DNA from: Sedimentisphaerales bacterium
Lineage (GTDB): Bacteria; Planctomycetota; Phycisphaerae; Sedimentisphaerales; SM23-30
NCBI GenBank assembly: GCA_963666285.1
Contig: OY762711.1
Reading direction: 5' to 3' (one strand)
Length of the DNA stretch: 64,000 bases
The position numbers were made by a program, and so were the translations under genes. This document shows, one piece after another, positions 10,674 through 21,780 of the stretch. The notes under the pieces are model-generated. The model worked only from the letters and a program-made list of their open reading frames with translations, made no database searches and was not told where the DNA came from. How positions within the stretch are numbered: the first letter of the stretch is position 1; each line of letters begins with the position of its first letter.

Positions 10674-11498
10674 ATGTCTCAAACAGATGTTCACAAAGCT
10701 GTAATTTTAGCCAGGGGACTTGGCACCCGAATGCGTAAGGCAAATGACTCTGCCGTGCTGGACGATCAGCAGGCAAAGGTTGCCGATACCGGTGTCAAAG
10801 CACTTATCCCCATAGACAGGCCGTTTCTGGATTATGTGATGCATAATCTGGCCGAGGCCGGTTATAGCGAAATATGTCTGGTTATTGGCCCGGAACATGA
10901 TCTGGTGCGTGACTATTATACCAAAGAAATCACTACCAGTCGTGTGAAAGTCAGCTTTGCAATACAGGACGAGCCTTTAGGTACCGCTGATGCTGTTGCC
11001 GCGGCAAAAGATTTTGCCGGAATGGATCATTTTATTGTGATAAATTCGGATAATTACTATCCAATAGAAGCATTAAAAGGCCTGAAAGCACTTGGCACTG
11101 TCGGGCTGGCTGGGTTTGAACGCGAAGCACTTGTTGCTCAAAGCAATATTCCGGCTGATCGAGTAACGGCTTTTGCGGTTATTGAAACTGATGAAAATGA
11201 TTTTATGACCAGCGTGGTGGAAAAACCGACCGCCGAACAACTCGCAGCTATTGCTGAACCGCATTACCTCAGCCTTAATTGCTGGAGATTTGGCCCGTCG
11301 ATATTCGAGGCCTGTGCTAAAATCGAAAAATCGACTCGTGGTGAGTTAGAGTTACCTGACGCTGTAACTTATACCCGCGAAAATATGAACGAGATGTATA
11401 AAACTGTGAAAGTACACGCCGGTGTACTTGACCTGTCTCGTCGCGAAGATATACAGGAAGTAATAAATCGCCTCAAAGGCAAAGAGGTGAATATCTGA
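10674..11498 (+). CDS. Sugar-phosphate nucleotidyltransferase (RmlA-like)
   Basis: ILARGLGTRM, QDEPLGTA, EKP, RGELE motifs. Confidence 0.85.
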   Translation: MSQTDVHKAVILARGLGTRMRKANDSAVLDDQQAKVADTGVKALIPIDRPFLDYVMHNLAEAGYSEICLVIGPEHDLVRDYYTKEITTSRVKVSFAIQDEPLGTADAVAAAKDFAGMDHFIVINSDNYYPIEALKGLKALGTVGLAGFEREALVAQSNIPADRVTAFAVIETDENDFMTSVVEKPTAEQLAAIAEPHYLSLNCWRFGPSIFEACAKIEKSTRGELELPDAVTYTRENMNEMYKTVKVHAGVLDLSRREDIQEVINRLKGKEVNI

Positions 11499-11526
11499 AA
11501 AATCAGAAAATACTTCAGAAAATATC

Positions 11527-11565
11527 AAGCGGCAAGACTAGTTAATTAGTTTTGTCGCTTTTTTT
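11527..11565 (+). terminator. Intrinsic terminator
   Basis: aagcggcaagact/agttttgtcgctt stem followed by T run. Confidence 0.7.
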
Positions 11566-11610
11566 ATGAATAATTGTAGGTGCATTCCTATAATTCAGAA
11601 TGGATACATT

Positions 11611-13053
11611 ATGTTAGATTTAGTTAAAAACAAATGGCGAGGCCCCGGTGGCATGGCTCATGTATTGCAGATATCATTTCCTCTGATATTGAGTACATCA
11701 GCGCATACTATTAAAATGTTTACCGACAGGATGTTCCTTAGCTGGCATTCTCAGGAGGAATTTGCCGCCGGTCTGCAGGCTGGTATTACTGCTTTTTTAC
11801 TTATTTGCTTCTTTATGGGGGTAGCAGGATATGCCAATACTTTTGTTGCTCAATATACCGGTAATGGTCGGCCCGAACGGGTTGGCCCGGCTGTCTGGCA
11901 GGCAATATACTTTGCTTTGCTTGGCATCATTGCTATGGTTATTGCAATCCCACAGGCTGATTATATCTTCGATAAGATCGGTCATGATCCTGACGTACGT
12001 ATCCATGAAGTAGTTTATTTCAAACTGATTTGTATTTCATGTATACCTATGGTGGTTGGAAATGCAATGTCATGCTTCTATACCGGACGCGGAGAGACCT
12101 GGGTTGTCTTCTGGATAAATATTATATCTGCACTGGTAAATGTCGTTTTTGATTATGCGATGATTTTCGGTAGGTTCGGTTTCCAGGATATGGGTATTGC
12201 CGGTGCCGGCTGGGCAACAGTAATTTCGTGTTTTAGCACTGTATTTATGTATGGCATCATGTTTGTTCTTCCAGAAAACCGTAAAAAGTACAATACTTTA
12301 AGTGGTGCGAAGATCGATCTGGACCTCATGAAAAGACTTATCAGGTACGGCTGCCCTAACGGCATACATTTTACCCTGGATGTCGCAGGCTTTACCTTGT
12401 TTATCGCTTACGTTGGCGGATTGGGAACTGTTGAATTGGCTGCAACCAGCCTGGCTTTCCAGTTCAATCACCTGGCATTCTTCCCGATGATTGGGATGGG
12501 GATTGGCGTGACTATTATTACCGGCCAGGCTTTGGGTAAAGACCAGCCGGAGGAAGCTGTTAGGGCTGCATGGTCTGCCGGCATACTGGCTCTGGGCTAT
12601 ATGGTTCTTATGTCAATTGGTTTCCTCTTGGTGCCGGAAGTGCTTCTAAAACCTTTTGAGCATGATGCCGACATGGAAAAATTTATGCAGGTTAAACCGC
12701 TGGTAATCGTATTACTTAGGTTTGTTGCCCTATATTGCCTGCTTGATGCTGGTAACATTGTTTTTTCTGCGGTACTGAGAGGCGCCGGTGATACCAGGTT
12801 TGTTATGCTGTGCTCTCTGCTGTTATGCTGGGGCATAATGGTAATACCGACATACTTTATTACAAAATATGAATATGGACCGGGCAGGGGCTTATATCTC
12901 AGCTGGCTGGCTCTTACCGGCTTTGTCTGTCTGCTGGCTGTTATATTTTACCTGAGGTTTATTTATGGTAAATGGAAAACTATGCGGGTGATCGAACAGG
13001 CACCGCCGCTGCCGGCTTCGGCTTCGGTTGATATTCCGCCGGAACTCGAATAA
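11611..13053 (+). CDS. MATE family efflux transporter
   Basis: About 12 TM segments; TDRMFL, MGIAGAGWAT, LRGAGDT; ATG at 11611 preferred over 11566. Confidence 0.9.
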   Translation: MLDLVKNKWRGPGGMAHVLQISFPLILSTSAHTIKMFTDRMFLSWHSQEEFAAGLQAGITAFLLICFFMGVAGYANTFVAQYTGNGRPERVGPAVWQAIYFALLGIIAMVIAIPQADYIFDKIGHDPDVRIHEVVYFKLICISCIPMVVGNAMSCFYTGRGETWVVFWINIISALVNVVFDYAMIFGRFGFQDMGIAGAGWATVISCFSTVFMYGIMFVLPENRKKYNTLSGAKIDLDLMKRLIRYGCPNGIHFTLDVAGFTLFIAYVGGLGTVELAATSLAFQFNHLAFFPMIGMGIGVTIITGQALGKDQPEEAVRAAWSAGILALGYMVLMSIGFLLVPEVLLKPFEHDADMEKFMQVKPLVIVLLRFVALYCLLDAGNIVFSAVLRGAGDTRFVMLCSLLLCWGIMVIPTYFITKYEYGPGRGLYLSWLALTGFVCLLAVIFYLRFIYGKWKTMRVIEQAPPLPASASVDIPPELE

Positions 13054-13125
13054 AAATGTTTCAATAGAAAAAGTGAGCGTGGGAAAGGCATCACTTAATA
13101 TATACCCTGCTATTGGTATGGGTAT

Positions 13126-13165
13126 AAAAAAAAGGGTAACTGATTCTATCAGCTGCCCTTTTGTT
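13126..13165. terminator. Bidirectional intrinsic terminator
   Basis: aaaagggtaactga/tcagctgccctttt stem between convergent genes. Confidence 0.7.
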
Positions 13166-13206
13166 TTCTAAATCCCGTATATTGACCAATTTTCACCCTT
13201 CGGAAT

Positions 13207-13641
13207 CTATTCACTTAATACGTGTTTATCTTTCTCAATTGCGTATAGGCCATAAGCTCTATCATCTTCTAAGATGTGATTTTTTAACCAGTCGGAAACA
13301 AGTACGGTTAGTTCAAGATAGTTTATGTGTTCATCTTGTTCCAGCATGGTTTTGTAGTTGCTTGCCTGCTCGCTAAGCAGGTAATGCTTTTGGAAATGCT
13401 TGTCGAAATCTGGATATCCAATATCCAGCATGAATTTTTCTTCGGTTACAAAATGCTCTTTGGTATATTTTACTAACTTTGGAATTGCGTCTTTTATTGT
13501 TTCTTCTTCGTTATTTTTTTTAATACCATCGTAAAGTTCATTTAAAATTTCGATGAGCCTTTTATGTTGTTCGTCAATTTTGTCAACGCCTACAGAAAAG
13601 AAATTTGACCATTGTAGTATTGGCATTTTGTTCTCCTGCAT
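13207..13641 (-). CDS. Bacteriohemerythrin
   Basis: SVGVDKIDEQH, HFxxEE, HxxxH and WLKNHILEED di-iron ligand motifs. Confidence 0.93.
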   Translation of the reverse strand: MQENKMPILQWSNFFSVGVDKIDEQHKRLIEILNELYDGIKKNNEEETIKDAIPKLVKYTKEHFVTEEKFMLDIGYPDFDKHFQKHYLLSEQASNYKTMLEQDEHINYLELTVLVSDWLKNHILEDDRAYGLYAIEKDKHVLSE

Positions 13642-13768
13642 TATTAAGTGTTACCAGATGGTATTTATGTTTCATAGTCTGTATCGTTTGAAAATTGTTT
13701 AATATTTAGAATATTGCAGAAGAATGATACATATTTTTTCGGCGTCCAATAATAACTGACGTTTAGTT

Positions 13769-14815
13769 TTATTGAGCGTATTTTTTGCTAATAACAGCTT
13801 CCCAGTTAATTGTGGCAACTGCCGCAGTTAGTCTGATAAATTCATTATTGTCCGATAAGTATCTTTTTAATATCGATTGGTCCATTTCATTACCAAAGCT
13901 GCCTATTGCCAGGATTGCCAGATGTTTGACTCTCTGGGTAACATTCTGGTCATTATACGGGTCTTTGTATTCGAGTGCCCGGTATGCCGGTACTACATCG
14001 TCTTTGCCTGCCAGGGGGCCTAATGCCCTTAGTGCTGACAACGATACTTCTATCTGCTCATCAGCAGCCAGTACAGATAACATAGCATAGCATTCCTGGC
14101 TGCCGAGCAATTTTAATGATGACACTACCAGCAGTCTGTCGTCTGCAAAACTGCTGCCGGCAAAATCCAGTAGTCTTTCTGTTACTCTTATATCGCCAAG
14201 TCGTGCCAGGGCTTCAGCTGCCTGAAGACGAATGTATGCTTTCTGGTCTGTTTTTTTCATTACAGTCCATAATTTGTCTTTGCTGTTCCGGCGTATTGGA
14301 GTATTGCCGAGTTTGCCGAGAAGCAGGCAGCTTTGGCCGGCATATCGTTCGTTACTGCTCAGCAAGGCTTTATCATACCAACGAATAAATCTTTCGCCAT
14401 CTATACCCATCTTTTCCAGGGCGTACCCGGCAGCCAGTTGCAGCATGGGCTCTTGCGATCTCCTCATGAGTTCAAGGGTGTCTCGAGTTTGTTCGATTCG
14501 CATATCGCCGGCCGCTATTGCAGCTGCAATTTTTACTGATAAGGTAGTATCTGAAAGTGACTGCTGAATTAATGTGTCGCAGCCGTCGCAATCAGCTTTT
14601 GACAGTGCTTCCATGGCGTATGTTTTGACATAAGGATCATTTGAACCGGCGGATTGTTTTATTACCTCAATTGCTTCTGCTTTTAGCTTTTCAGGGTTCG
14701 AGTACATAAGGCTTGGTATTGATACCGAATCTATAGATTTACAACCTGTTGTGAATACGCTCGATAAAAAAGTTACCAGGATGACTGTGAGAAATAGCTT
14801 GGCTTTATTCTTCAT
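13769..14815 (-). CDS. HEAT-repeat lipoprotein
   Basis: Lipobox-like TTGC; repeated AAxALxxLG helical units. Confidence 0.75.
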   Translation of the reverse strand: MKNKAKLFLTVILVTFLSSVFTTGCKSIDSVSIPSLMYSNPEKLKAEAIEVIKQSAGSNDPYVKTYAMEALSKADCDGCDTLIQQSLSDTTLSVKIAAAIAAGDMRIEQTRDTLELMRRSQEPMLQLAAGYALEKMGIDGERFIRWYDKALLSSNERYAGQSCLLLGKLGNTPIRRNSKDKLWTVMKKTDQKAYIRLQAAEALARLGDIRVTERLLDFAGSSFADDRLLVVSSLKLLGSQECYAMLSVLAADEQIEVSLSALRALGPLAGKDDVVPAYRALEYKDPYNDQNVTQRVKHLAILAIGSFGNEMDQSILKRYLSDNNEFIRLTAAVATINWEAVISKKYAQ

Positions 14816-14875
14816 TTATATTCCTTTCTGATGTTTATGTATTTTCAGTATGTAATCGACTTTGCTGTTGTAATA

Positions 14876-15817
14876 TTATTTGCGTTTGAATGACCAGGTT
14901 AAATATTCTATAAATCCGCCCAGATGGCGAATTGCTGTTAAATGTTTGCTAAATAATTCCTGCTTATCACAATCTCTGATTATTACACTTTTAATAAGAT
15001 TTAAATAATGGATTGGGACAAGTAAACAATATTTGAGCAGCTTGTTTTTGCCCTGGTTTATCAGATCGAGACGTTTGCCAGACCTGGCATCATAATAAAC
15101 TCTTTTTTTGAACCACTCTTTGGTTAGCCGTTCGGGAGCGACTATATGGCCAACGACAGCTTTAGGTTCATATACAACCACACCGCCGTTTTCTACGATT
15201 TTATTTTGCATGTCAACTTCTTCATAGGAAAACAGCTTTTTTCCTATTCGGCCTATTTCCGTATTAAAGCCTCCAAGGTCCAGGGCCGGTTTTTTCAAAA
15301 GAGAATAGTTTAGGCCGTACATATGCTTGCTGGTTCCGACTAATGGTTCTTCGCCGTAATCTATGCGGGATAAATTTGTCTCCCATTCCGGCGAAAGCCA
15401 GTCTGGCGGGTCATGTGGGTAAATTAGATAACTTTTACCTCCTACCAGCGTGGCATTATAATTTGAAAATGCTTCTTCTACCGCCGTCAGCCAGTCTGGC
15501 TCTACTACGGCATCATCATCTATAAATGAGACAATTTCACCCTTGGCTTCGTTAAGGGCCCGGTTGCGGGCAAAACTTAATCCTTGCTTGCTCTCAAATA
15601 TATATCTTAGTTTTCCCGGCAAAATATTAGAAAACTCATTATACACTTCTTCTGTATTATCTGTAGAATTATTGTTAACTAACAGTATCTCATAATCTAC
15701 ATTACCTGAGTTTAATTTTGTTAAACTGTCAAGCACTTTTGCTAAGCACTCTGCATTGTTATATGTACATATTGCAATTGTTATCATATGTCTTTTCGTA
15801 AATTCTGCGGGATTCAA
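14876..15817 (-). CDS. GT2 glycosyltransferase
   Basis: IAICTYN, NNNSTD, GLSFARN, FIDDD; start may be the ATG at 15787. Confidence 0.9.
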   Translation of the reverse strand: MNPAEFTKRHMITIAICTYNNAECLAKVLDSLTKLNSGNVDYEILLVNNNSTDNTEEVYNEFSNILPGKLRYIFESKQGLSFARNRALNEAKGEIVSFIDDDAVVEPDWLTAVEEAFSNYNATLVGGKSYLIYPHDPPDWLSPEWETNLSRIDYGEEPLVGTSKHMYGLNYSLLKKPALDLGGFNTEIGRIGKKLFSYEEVDMQNKIVENGGVVVYEPKAVVGHIVAPERLTKEWFKKRVYYDARSGKRLDLINQGKNKLLKYCLLVPIHYLNLIKSVIIRDCDKQELFSKHLTAIRHLGGFIEYLTWSFKRK

Positions 15818-15826
15818 TTATCCGAG

Positions 15827-17008
15827 TCAGGTTGCTAAAATTTCTTCTATCTTTTTACCGATTATGTCCCAGGTATAATTGTCTTCAAAGGTTTTACGAC
15901 CGGCCTGCGACATTTGCTGTTGTTTATTCTGGTCTTCTGCCAGTTTTAGTATTTGATCGGCAAATTCCAATGGATCATCACAAATGATAATGTTATTTTC
16001 ATTTATTTTCAATCCATATGCCCCGGTTCCGGTAGAGATTACCGGGCAGCCCCTGGCAAACGACTCCAGTATTTTTAGACGTGTGCCGCCGCCCGATAAA
16101 AGCGGTACTATCATTGTTGTCCATGAATTAAACTCTTCACTGACATCATTTACAAATCCTGTATATTCAATATTTGCCCCCTTGGGCGGTGTTATGGAAT
16201 CTGATACCTTACCTACTACCCTCAAAATTGTATCCGGTCGTTTTTCCAATACTTTGGGCCATACTTGATCAATAAACCAGCTGAGCCCTTCCAGGTTTGG
16301 CCGGTATTCCAATATTCCAATAAATCCGATACGCAATTGAGCTGCTTTGGTGTCACTTCTATTTGGGGCCGGAATATTTTCAAATCCATTTGGTATTATA
16401 TATGTCTTTTCATTAATTTCGGGAAAACGCTCTGCCAGGTATGATTTATCTTTTTCGCTGCATAATCCGATCATGGAAAATTTTCTTAATGCCGATATTT
16501 CAGCCTTTTCCCATTTCTTTATTATGCATTTATTGGCTATATGCTGTCTTATGCCTGTTCTTTGCTTGTTGAGCATATCCCACTTTAAATGGTTAAGGTC
16601 ATCCAGGTCGATAATTGCTTTTTCACTGCCAAAATATCTGAATCTTGCTGCTGGTAATAAAGTTTCATACCAGATCAGGTCATAATCTGCTGCCATCTCC
16701 TCAAATCGCTTCTGGTCATTGCTGTTCACTGGTTTAGTCAGCTGGCCGGGCCAATGCTGCCAAAACTTATGAGACAGTTTATCTATTGGCGTTCCCGGTT
16801 TGGGGCCTGAAATGGTAAATTTTGTTATTTCGCCCAGCTCTTTTGATGAGGATTCATATCTGGTGTCCTGAAATTCTTTTTCTGCGCATACAAGTACGGT
16901 TTTTACCTGGTTATATCTGCCAAGTTGTCTGCCGATATTCAAAGTCCGCAGGTGTACTCCGGCATAAGCCGGACAAGGTAATTTGTCAATTACATATAGT
17001 ATTTTCAA
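15827..17008 (-). CDS. GT4 glycosyltransferase
   Basis: IIPNG, PLLSGGGTRLKILE, GCPVIST. Confidence 0.88.
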   Translation of the reverse strand: MKILYVIDKLPCPAYAGVHLRTLNIGRQLGRYNQVKTVLVCAEKEFQDTRYESSSKELGEITKFTISGPKPGTPIDKLSHKFWQHWPGQLTKPVNSNDQKRFEEMAADYDLIWYETLLPAARFRYFGSEKAIIDLDDLNHLKWDMLNKQRTGIRQHIANKCIIKKWEKAEISALRKFSMIGLCSEKDKSYLAERFPEINEKTYIIPNGFENIPAPNRSDTKAAQLRIGFIGILEYRPNLEGLSWFIDQVWPKVLEKRPDTILRVVGKVSDSITPPKGANIEYTGFVNDVSEEFNSWTTMIVPLLSGGGTRLKILESFARGCPVISTGTGAYGLKINENNIIICDDPLEFADQILKLAEDQNKQQQMSQAGRKTFEDNYTWDIIGKKIEEILAT

Positions 17009-17320
17009 TTACTGTTACCCTTGTATTGGTAGGCCCAATTACTAGCTGTTTGCTATAAATAACTCTAATCGGCATGGAAGGCCGGAACACAATATACTTT
17101 AATTTAATGAAAATTCACTTATTTGAGCTTACAAAAATGCTAAAAAATTTTCCAACTTAAAACACTTAACGTAAGTTCTTTATTTTCAATGTGTTGCATG
17201 TAGAGAGTTTTTGCCGTATCCTACCTTATTCCTGTAGTCCTGAAAATTTATTGTTTGACATATTCTTCAAGCTTTGATATTTGCCTTAGTCCTGATATTG
17301 ATTTAATAATGATAAAAATG

Positions 17321-17347
17321 TAAACTCAGTTTCTTTTTTGCCGATAG
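17321..17347 (+). promoter_or_regulatory. Sigma28-like promoter upstream of topA
   Basis: TAAA-N15-GCCGATAG. Confidence 0.5.
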
Positions 17348-17419
17348 CAAAAGAGAGTTTGATGATTATAACGATTATAATAGACCGATAACTATCGGAT
17401 AAGTGAGAGATAATTGAAT

Positions 17420-19897
17420 ATGGCAAAAGCAGCTACAGGAAAAAAACTGGTGATTGTGGAATCACCTGCTAAAGCTAAAACTATTAATAAGTATCTGGGT
17501 AGTGATTTTAAAGTTATCGCCAGTATGGGACATGTCAGGGATTTGCCCGGTAAAGATATGGCTGTTGATCTGGAAAATAACTTCGAACCAACCTATGAAA
17601 TTATACCAGGCAGAAAAAAAGTCCTTTCGGATCTTAAAAAATACGCAAAAGATGCCCCAATGATCTATCTCGCGAGCGATTTGGACCGCGAAGGAGAGGC
17701 TATTGCCTGGCATTTGACTGAAGCTCTGAAAATCAAACCTGAAAAATATTGCAGGGTGGTCTTCAACGCTATTACTAAAACTGCAATTCAGCAGGCATTT
17801 GCAAATCCGCATAAACTCGATCTTGATAAAGTTAATGCTCAACAGGCCAGACGAATACTGGACCGCATTGTAGGTTATCTGATTAGCCCGCTTTTGTGGA
17901 AAAAAGTTGCCCGCGGTTTGTCTGCCGGTCGTGTACAGTCTGTTGCTGTCAAGCTTATCGTACAGCGTGAAAAGGAAATTCAGGCTTTCATTCCGGAAGA
18001 ATACTGGAAAATTGGCGGTATTTTCTGTAACCAGGAGACTTCAGGGCTTGCCGAAAAATATCAGCAGTTTCTCAATAGCTTCGCCGACAGCGATAAGGGA
18101 CCGACCATAAAACAAAAGGGTGAATGGTTTTACGAACACAATTGCCTGGAAACTCATCTTATTAGCGTTGGCGGCAAAAACTTTAAACCTCATAACCAGC
18201 AGGATACCGACAAGGTATACAATGCTATCAAGGATGCCGGCTTTAAGGTTGGTTCTATTGAAACCAAGCATTCTACTTCAAAACCGCCTGCTCCGTTTAT
18301 TACCTCAACCCTGCAGCAGCAGGCAGCCAATAAACTTGGCTATGCTGCCAGAACGACTATGAGACTTGCTCAGGATCTTTACGAAGGTATCGATGTTTCA
18401 GGGCAGGGTTCTGTTGGTCTTATTACTTACATGCGTACCGATAGTACCAATCTCTCCAATGAAGCTATTTCTATGGTTAGAGATTATGTCGAAAGTAATT
18501 TTGGCGATGGGTATTTGCCTGAAAAACCAAACAAATATGGTTCTTCCAATAAATCGGCCCAGGAAGCACACGAAGCTATCCGGCCTACTGATGTTTCGAT
18601 TACTCCTGACAGTATCAAAGGTGATCTGAACCCTCAGCAGTTTAAATTGTACGAACTGATTTGGAAGCGGTTTGTTGCTTGTCAGATGACACCGGCTAAA
18701 TGGGATGTTACTTCTGTTAATATCGAAACCGGTGCTACTATTGACGGCGAAAATCAAACTGTTGTTTTCCGTGCTAATGGCCGCAAGCTTGTCTTTGACG
18801 GCTTCATGAAAGTTGCCGGGATTACTGTTAGCGGCAGCGATCAGATTCTGCCTCACCTGGAAATTGGTGCTGATGTCTGGCCGATTCAGATTCAGCCTAC
18901 TCAGCATTTCACCAGCCCGCCGGCAAGGTATACCGAGGCTTCATTAGTCAAAATGCTTGAAGCTGAAGGCATTGGCAGACCTAGTACTTATGCATCGATT
19001 ATCTCTACTATCCAGGATCGCGGATATGTCGAGCAGCTTGAGAAAAAATTCCACGCGACCGATCTTGGGATCGTTGTTACGGAAAAGCTGGATGAGCATT
19101 TTACCAATATTATGGATGTCGCTTTTACCAGATTTATGGAAAGCGAACTGGATAAAATCGAAGAGCAGCATTTGGATTGGGTGCATGTTCTTACTGAATT
19201 TTACGGACCTTTCAAAGACACTCTCGAACGTGCTCATGAAGAGATGGTCCATGCCAAGGCTGAAACTCAGCCTTCTGATTATACCTGCCCGGAATGTTCC
19301 AAGCCGATGGTGTATCGCTTTGGCAAAAATGGACGGTTCCTATCCTGCAGTGATTACCCGACTTGTAAATTTGCTTCGCCGTGCGATCGTGACGGCAAAA
19401 TGACCCAGCCGGAAGAAACTGAGCATAAATGTCCAAATTGTGGTAAGCCAATGATTCTTCGTAAGGCTCGGTTTGGCACGTTCCTCGGTTGCAGCGGATA
19501 TCCAGACTGCAAAACCACCCAGAAAGTTGACAAGGAAGGCAATGTCCTCCCGCCAAAAGAGCCTCCTAGGCCTACCGGTATTAAATGTCACAAATGCAAG
19601 GAAGGTGAACTTGTTATCCGTGACAGCAAACGCGGTGAGTTTATGGGATGCGGCAGATTCCCTAAATGCCGTTCTATCATCAGTATAAAACAGCTGGAGA
19701 ATCTTAAGCAGCTTCAGGCCGAAGGTAAATGGCCGCCTGAAACTATCGAGGAAGCTGATATTATCTTGGGCAGAAAAAAAGCTAAAGACGATAAAGACAG
19801 CGACGAAAAAAAGACTAAAAAGAAAACCGCTAAAAAAACCGCTAAAAAAGTTACTCGCAAGAAAGTAGAAGATGTTGAGGCGGAAGTAGAGGCTTAA
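17420..19897 (+). CDS. topA: DNA topoisomerase I
   Basis: IVESPAKAKTI, DxDREGE, SAGRVQ, ITYMRTD; Zn ribbons; Lys-rich tail. Confidence 0.97.
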   Translation: MAKAATGKKLVIVESPAKAKTINKYLGSDFKVIASMGHVRDLPGKDMAVDLENNFEPTYEIIPGRKKVLSDLKKYAKDAPMIYLASDLDREGEAIAWHLTEALKIKPEKYCRVVFNAITKTAIQQAFANPHKLDLDKVNAQQARRILDRIVGYLISPLLWKKVARGLSAGRVQSVAVKLIVQREKEIQAFIPEEYWKIGGIFCNQETSGLAEKYQQFLNSFADSDKGPTIKQKGEWFYEHNCLETHLISVGGKNFKPHNQQDTDKVYNAIKDAGFKVGSIETKHSTSKPPAPFITSTLQQQAANKLGYAARTTMRLAQDLYEGIDVSGQGSVGLITYMRTDSTNLSNEAISMVRDYVESNFGDGYLPEKPNKYGSSNKSAQEAHEAIRPTDVSITPDSIKGDLNPQQFKLYELIWKRFVACQMTPAKWDVTSVNIETGATIDGENQTVVFRANGRKLVFDGFMKVAGITVSGSDQILPHLEIGADVWPIQIQPTQHFTSPPARYTEASLVKMLEAEGIGRPSTYASIISTIQDRGYVEQLEKKFHATDLGIVVTEKLDEHFTNIMDVAFTRFMESELDKIEEQHLDWVHVLTEFYGPFKDTLERAHEEMVHAKAETQPSDYTCPECSKPMVYRFGKNGRFLSCSDYPTCKFASPCDRDGKMTQPEETEHKCPNCGKPMILRKARFGTFLGCSGYPDCKTTQKVDKEGNVLPPKEPPRPTGIKCHKCKEGELVIRDSKRGEFMGCGRFPKCRSIISIKQLENLKQLQAEGKWPPETIEEADIILGRKKAKDDKDSDEKKTKKKTAKKTAKKVTRKKVEDVEAEVEA

Positions 19898-19920
19898 GTC
19901 TGGTGTTTGATAAAGCAGTT

Positions 19921-20751
19921 ATGTTTGAGAAAGTTTTAGTTACAGGTGCCAGCGGTTTTATCGGTGGCGAGATTTGTAAGCAGCTGGTAAATGATATCCC
20001 GAATCTTTTCGCCGGCTGTTTCAGCAATACTCCTGATGCTGGTATTGCTCTAAAATTTGATATTCGTAATCTTGATTCCATTATGGATGCTTTATCAGCC
20101 GCTCAACCGGAGTTGGTAATCCATTGTGCCTACGATAAAAACCCAGAGTTTAGAGATCAGGTAATTATCAGCGGCACAAAAAATCTTGTCGAGGCCTGTA
20201 AGGCGTTTAACCCTGCGATTCGTTTTATTTTTATCAGCTCGGAATGGGTTTTTGATGGCGACGCAGGACCGTATTCTGAAACTGATACGCCTAATCCTAA
20301 AACTGGCTATGGCAAAGCCAAGCTGGCTGCTGAAAAGATCGTTTCTGAGACTCTTGCAAATTCTGCGATTCTGAGAACTGGTCTGGTTGGCTGTGAACTG
20401 CCGCCTGCCCCAAGGTGGATAGTAGAAGAAGAAAAATGGCAGGCCGGCCAGAGAGTGGTTTTTTACGATAATGAAATTCGTAATCCAATTCATGTCGCTG
20501 ATCTTGCCCGGGGCATAATAATGCTGAGCCTCTCTGATGAAAACGGTATCTGGCATCTCGCTGGCCCGGAATATATGTCCAGATACGATGAGCTGCTTTT
20601 ATATGCGAAATACAAGGGGATTCCTGAAGAACTGGTGGGTTCGTCAAAATCTGATGGCATAAATAGACCGCTCGATTGCTCGATTAAAAACGATAAATTC
20701 TTGAAAAGATTCGACTTAGATCTAAAAGCACCTAAAGACTACTACCTGTAG
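19921..20751 (+). CDS. RmlD-like SDR oxidoreductase
   Basis: TGASGFIG, VFDG, YGKAK. Confidence 0.82.
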   Translation: MFEKVLVTGASGFIGGEICKQLVNDIPNLFAGCFSNTPDAGIALKFDIRNLDSIMDALSAAQPELVIHCAYDKNPEFRDQVIISGTKNLVEACKAFNPAIRFIFISSEWVFDGDAGPYSETDTPNPKTGYGKAKLAAEKIVSETLANSAILRTGLVGCELPPAPRWIVEEEKWQAGQRVVFYDNEIRNPIHVADLARGIIMLSLSDENGIWHLAGPEYMSRYDELLLYAKYKGIPEELVGSSKSDGINRPLDCSIKNDKFLKRFDLDLKAPKDYYL

Positions 20752-20865
20752 TACCTTGTAGCCCTGTTTTTCCGGGAGTCATTAATAGGTAAATGTCCCA
20801 TTTGGATATTGCCGGATTTGCGAGAGGGGAGTGATGGTCGACTAATCAAATATTCAGCCTTTGGA

Positions 20866-21351
20866 TTATCCTTCCAGACAGATATGCGAACCGAGTTCGC
20901 CGCATAATATTTCTTCTGCTGTTGGAATATGGTCGGAATCTAACATATTTTCCGGGGCATCATCATATCCGTCTTTAGAGATTTTTTCCAGCAGTAGCGA
21001 CCAGGTTTCTCGCATATAACTCAATATCTTAATCGCTTCATCCAGGCTTTTTAAATCTCTCTTAAGATTTGCCATCATCAGTCTTTCATAACAGAACAAA
21101 TATAGTGCACGCATCTTTCCGCATAACTCAGGTGCAGCATCGTCGTTCAAAGTAGTCATAAACTCTGATACGATATTCTGAGCTTTGGTTATCAGCTTGA
21201 AACTATTCTCAAATTCTTTATTAACAATAGCTTCTCTGCCTTGTTCGGCAAATTTGACCACTCCGTCATACAGCATCATTGTCAGCTGCTCCGGTGCTGC
21301 GGTCATCACTTTTGTCTTCATATATTCGTTTGTTGTGACTGGATTACTCAT
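20866..21351 (-). CDS. fliS: Flagellar export chaperone FliS
   Basis: VMTAAPEQLTMMLYDG, KAQNIV, LY, RETW. Confidence 0.92.
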   Translation of the reverse strand: MSNPVTTNEYMKTKVMTAAPEQLTMMLYDGVVKFAEQGREAIVNKEFENSFKLITKAQNIVSEFMTTLNDDAAPELCGKMRALYLFCYERLMMANLKRDLKSLDEAIKILSYMRETWSLLLEKISKDGYDDAPENMLDSDHIPTAEEILCGELGSHICLEG

Positions 21352-21362
21352 TACAAAAATAG

Positions 21363-21389
21363 TTATCGGCTGTATTAAGCGCTGTCATA
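21363..21389 (-). promoter_or_regulatory. Sigma28-like promoter of fliS
   Basis: Exact GCCGATAA -10 on the minus strand; weak -35 (TATG). Confidence 0.5.
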
Positions 21390-21643
21390 AATATTTTTTT
21401 TAATTTATGATAGATTTTAGAGTCAATAATTATGGGCCGCCCAGTATGCGATTGATAAACATTCTGCCGATCCTGCTCAAATTTAACCGCATCTGGTACT
21501 ACCATATTCGTTTTTTACCCCGCTTTTTAGCAGTGTTAATAGGGGATGTAGATAAAATAGGAAGTTTTAATCTAATAAATGGGTTAGACATCTAATAATC
21601 TGGCAAAAAAAAGTCTGGAAATGCCCTTATCAGTCTAAAAAAA

Positions 21644-21672
21644 TTGACTTTATGTATATTATTTCGTATTAT
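21644..21672 (+). promoter_or_regulatory. Sigma70-like promoter
   Basis: TTGACT-N17-TATTAT. Confidence 0.6.
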
Positions 21673-21780
21673 GAATATTCAAGCCGGGTGGGCGAGGAGA
21701 GAGTTTGACATGCCCAATTTATAACCAGCCTGTTTTTAGTTGTCACGCCGACAAAAAAGAAACCATTAAGAGGTGAGATT

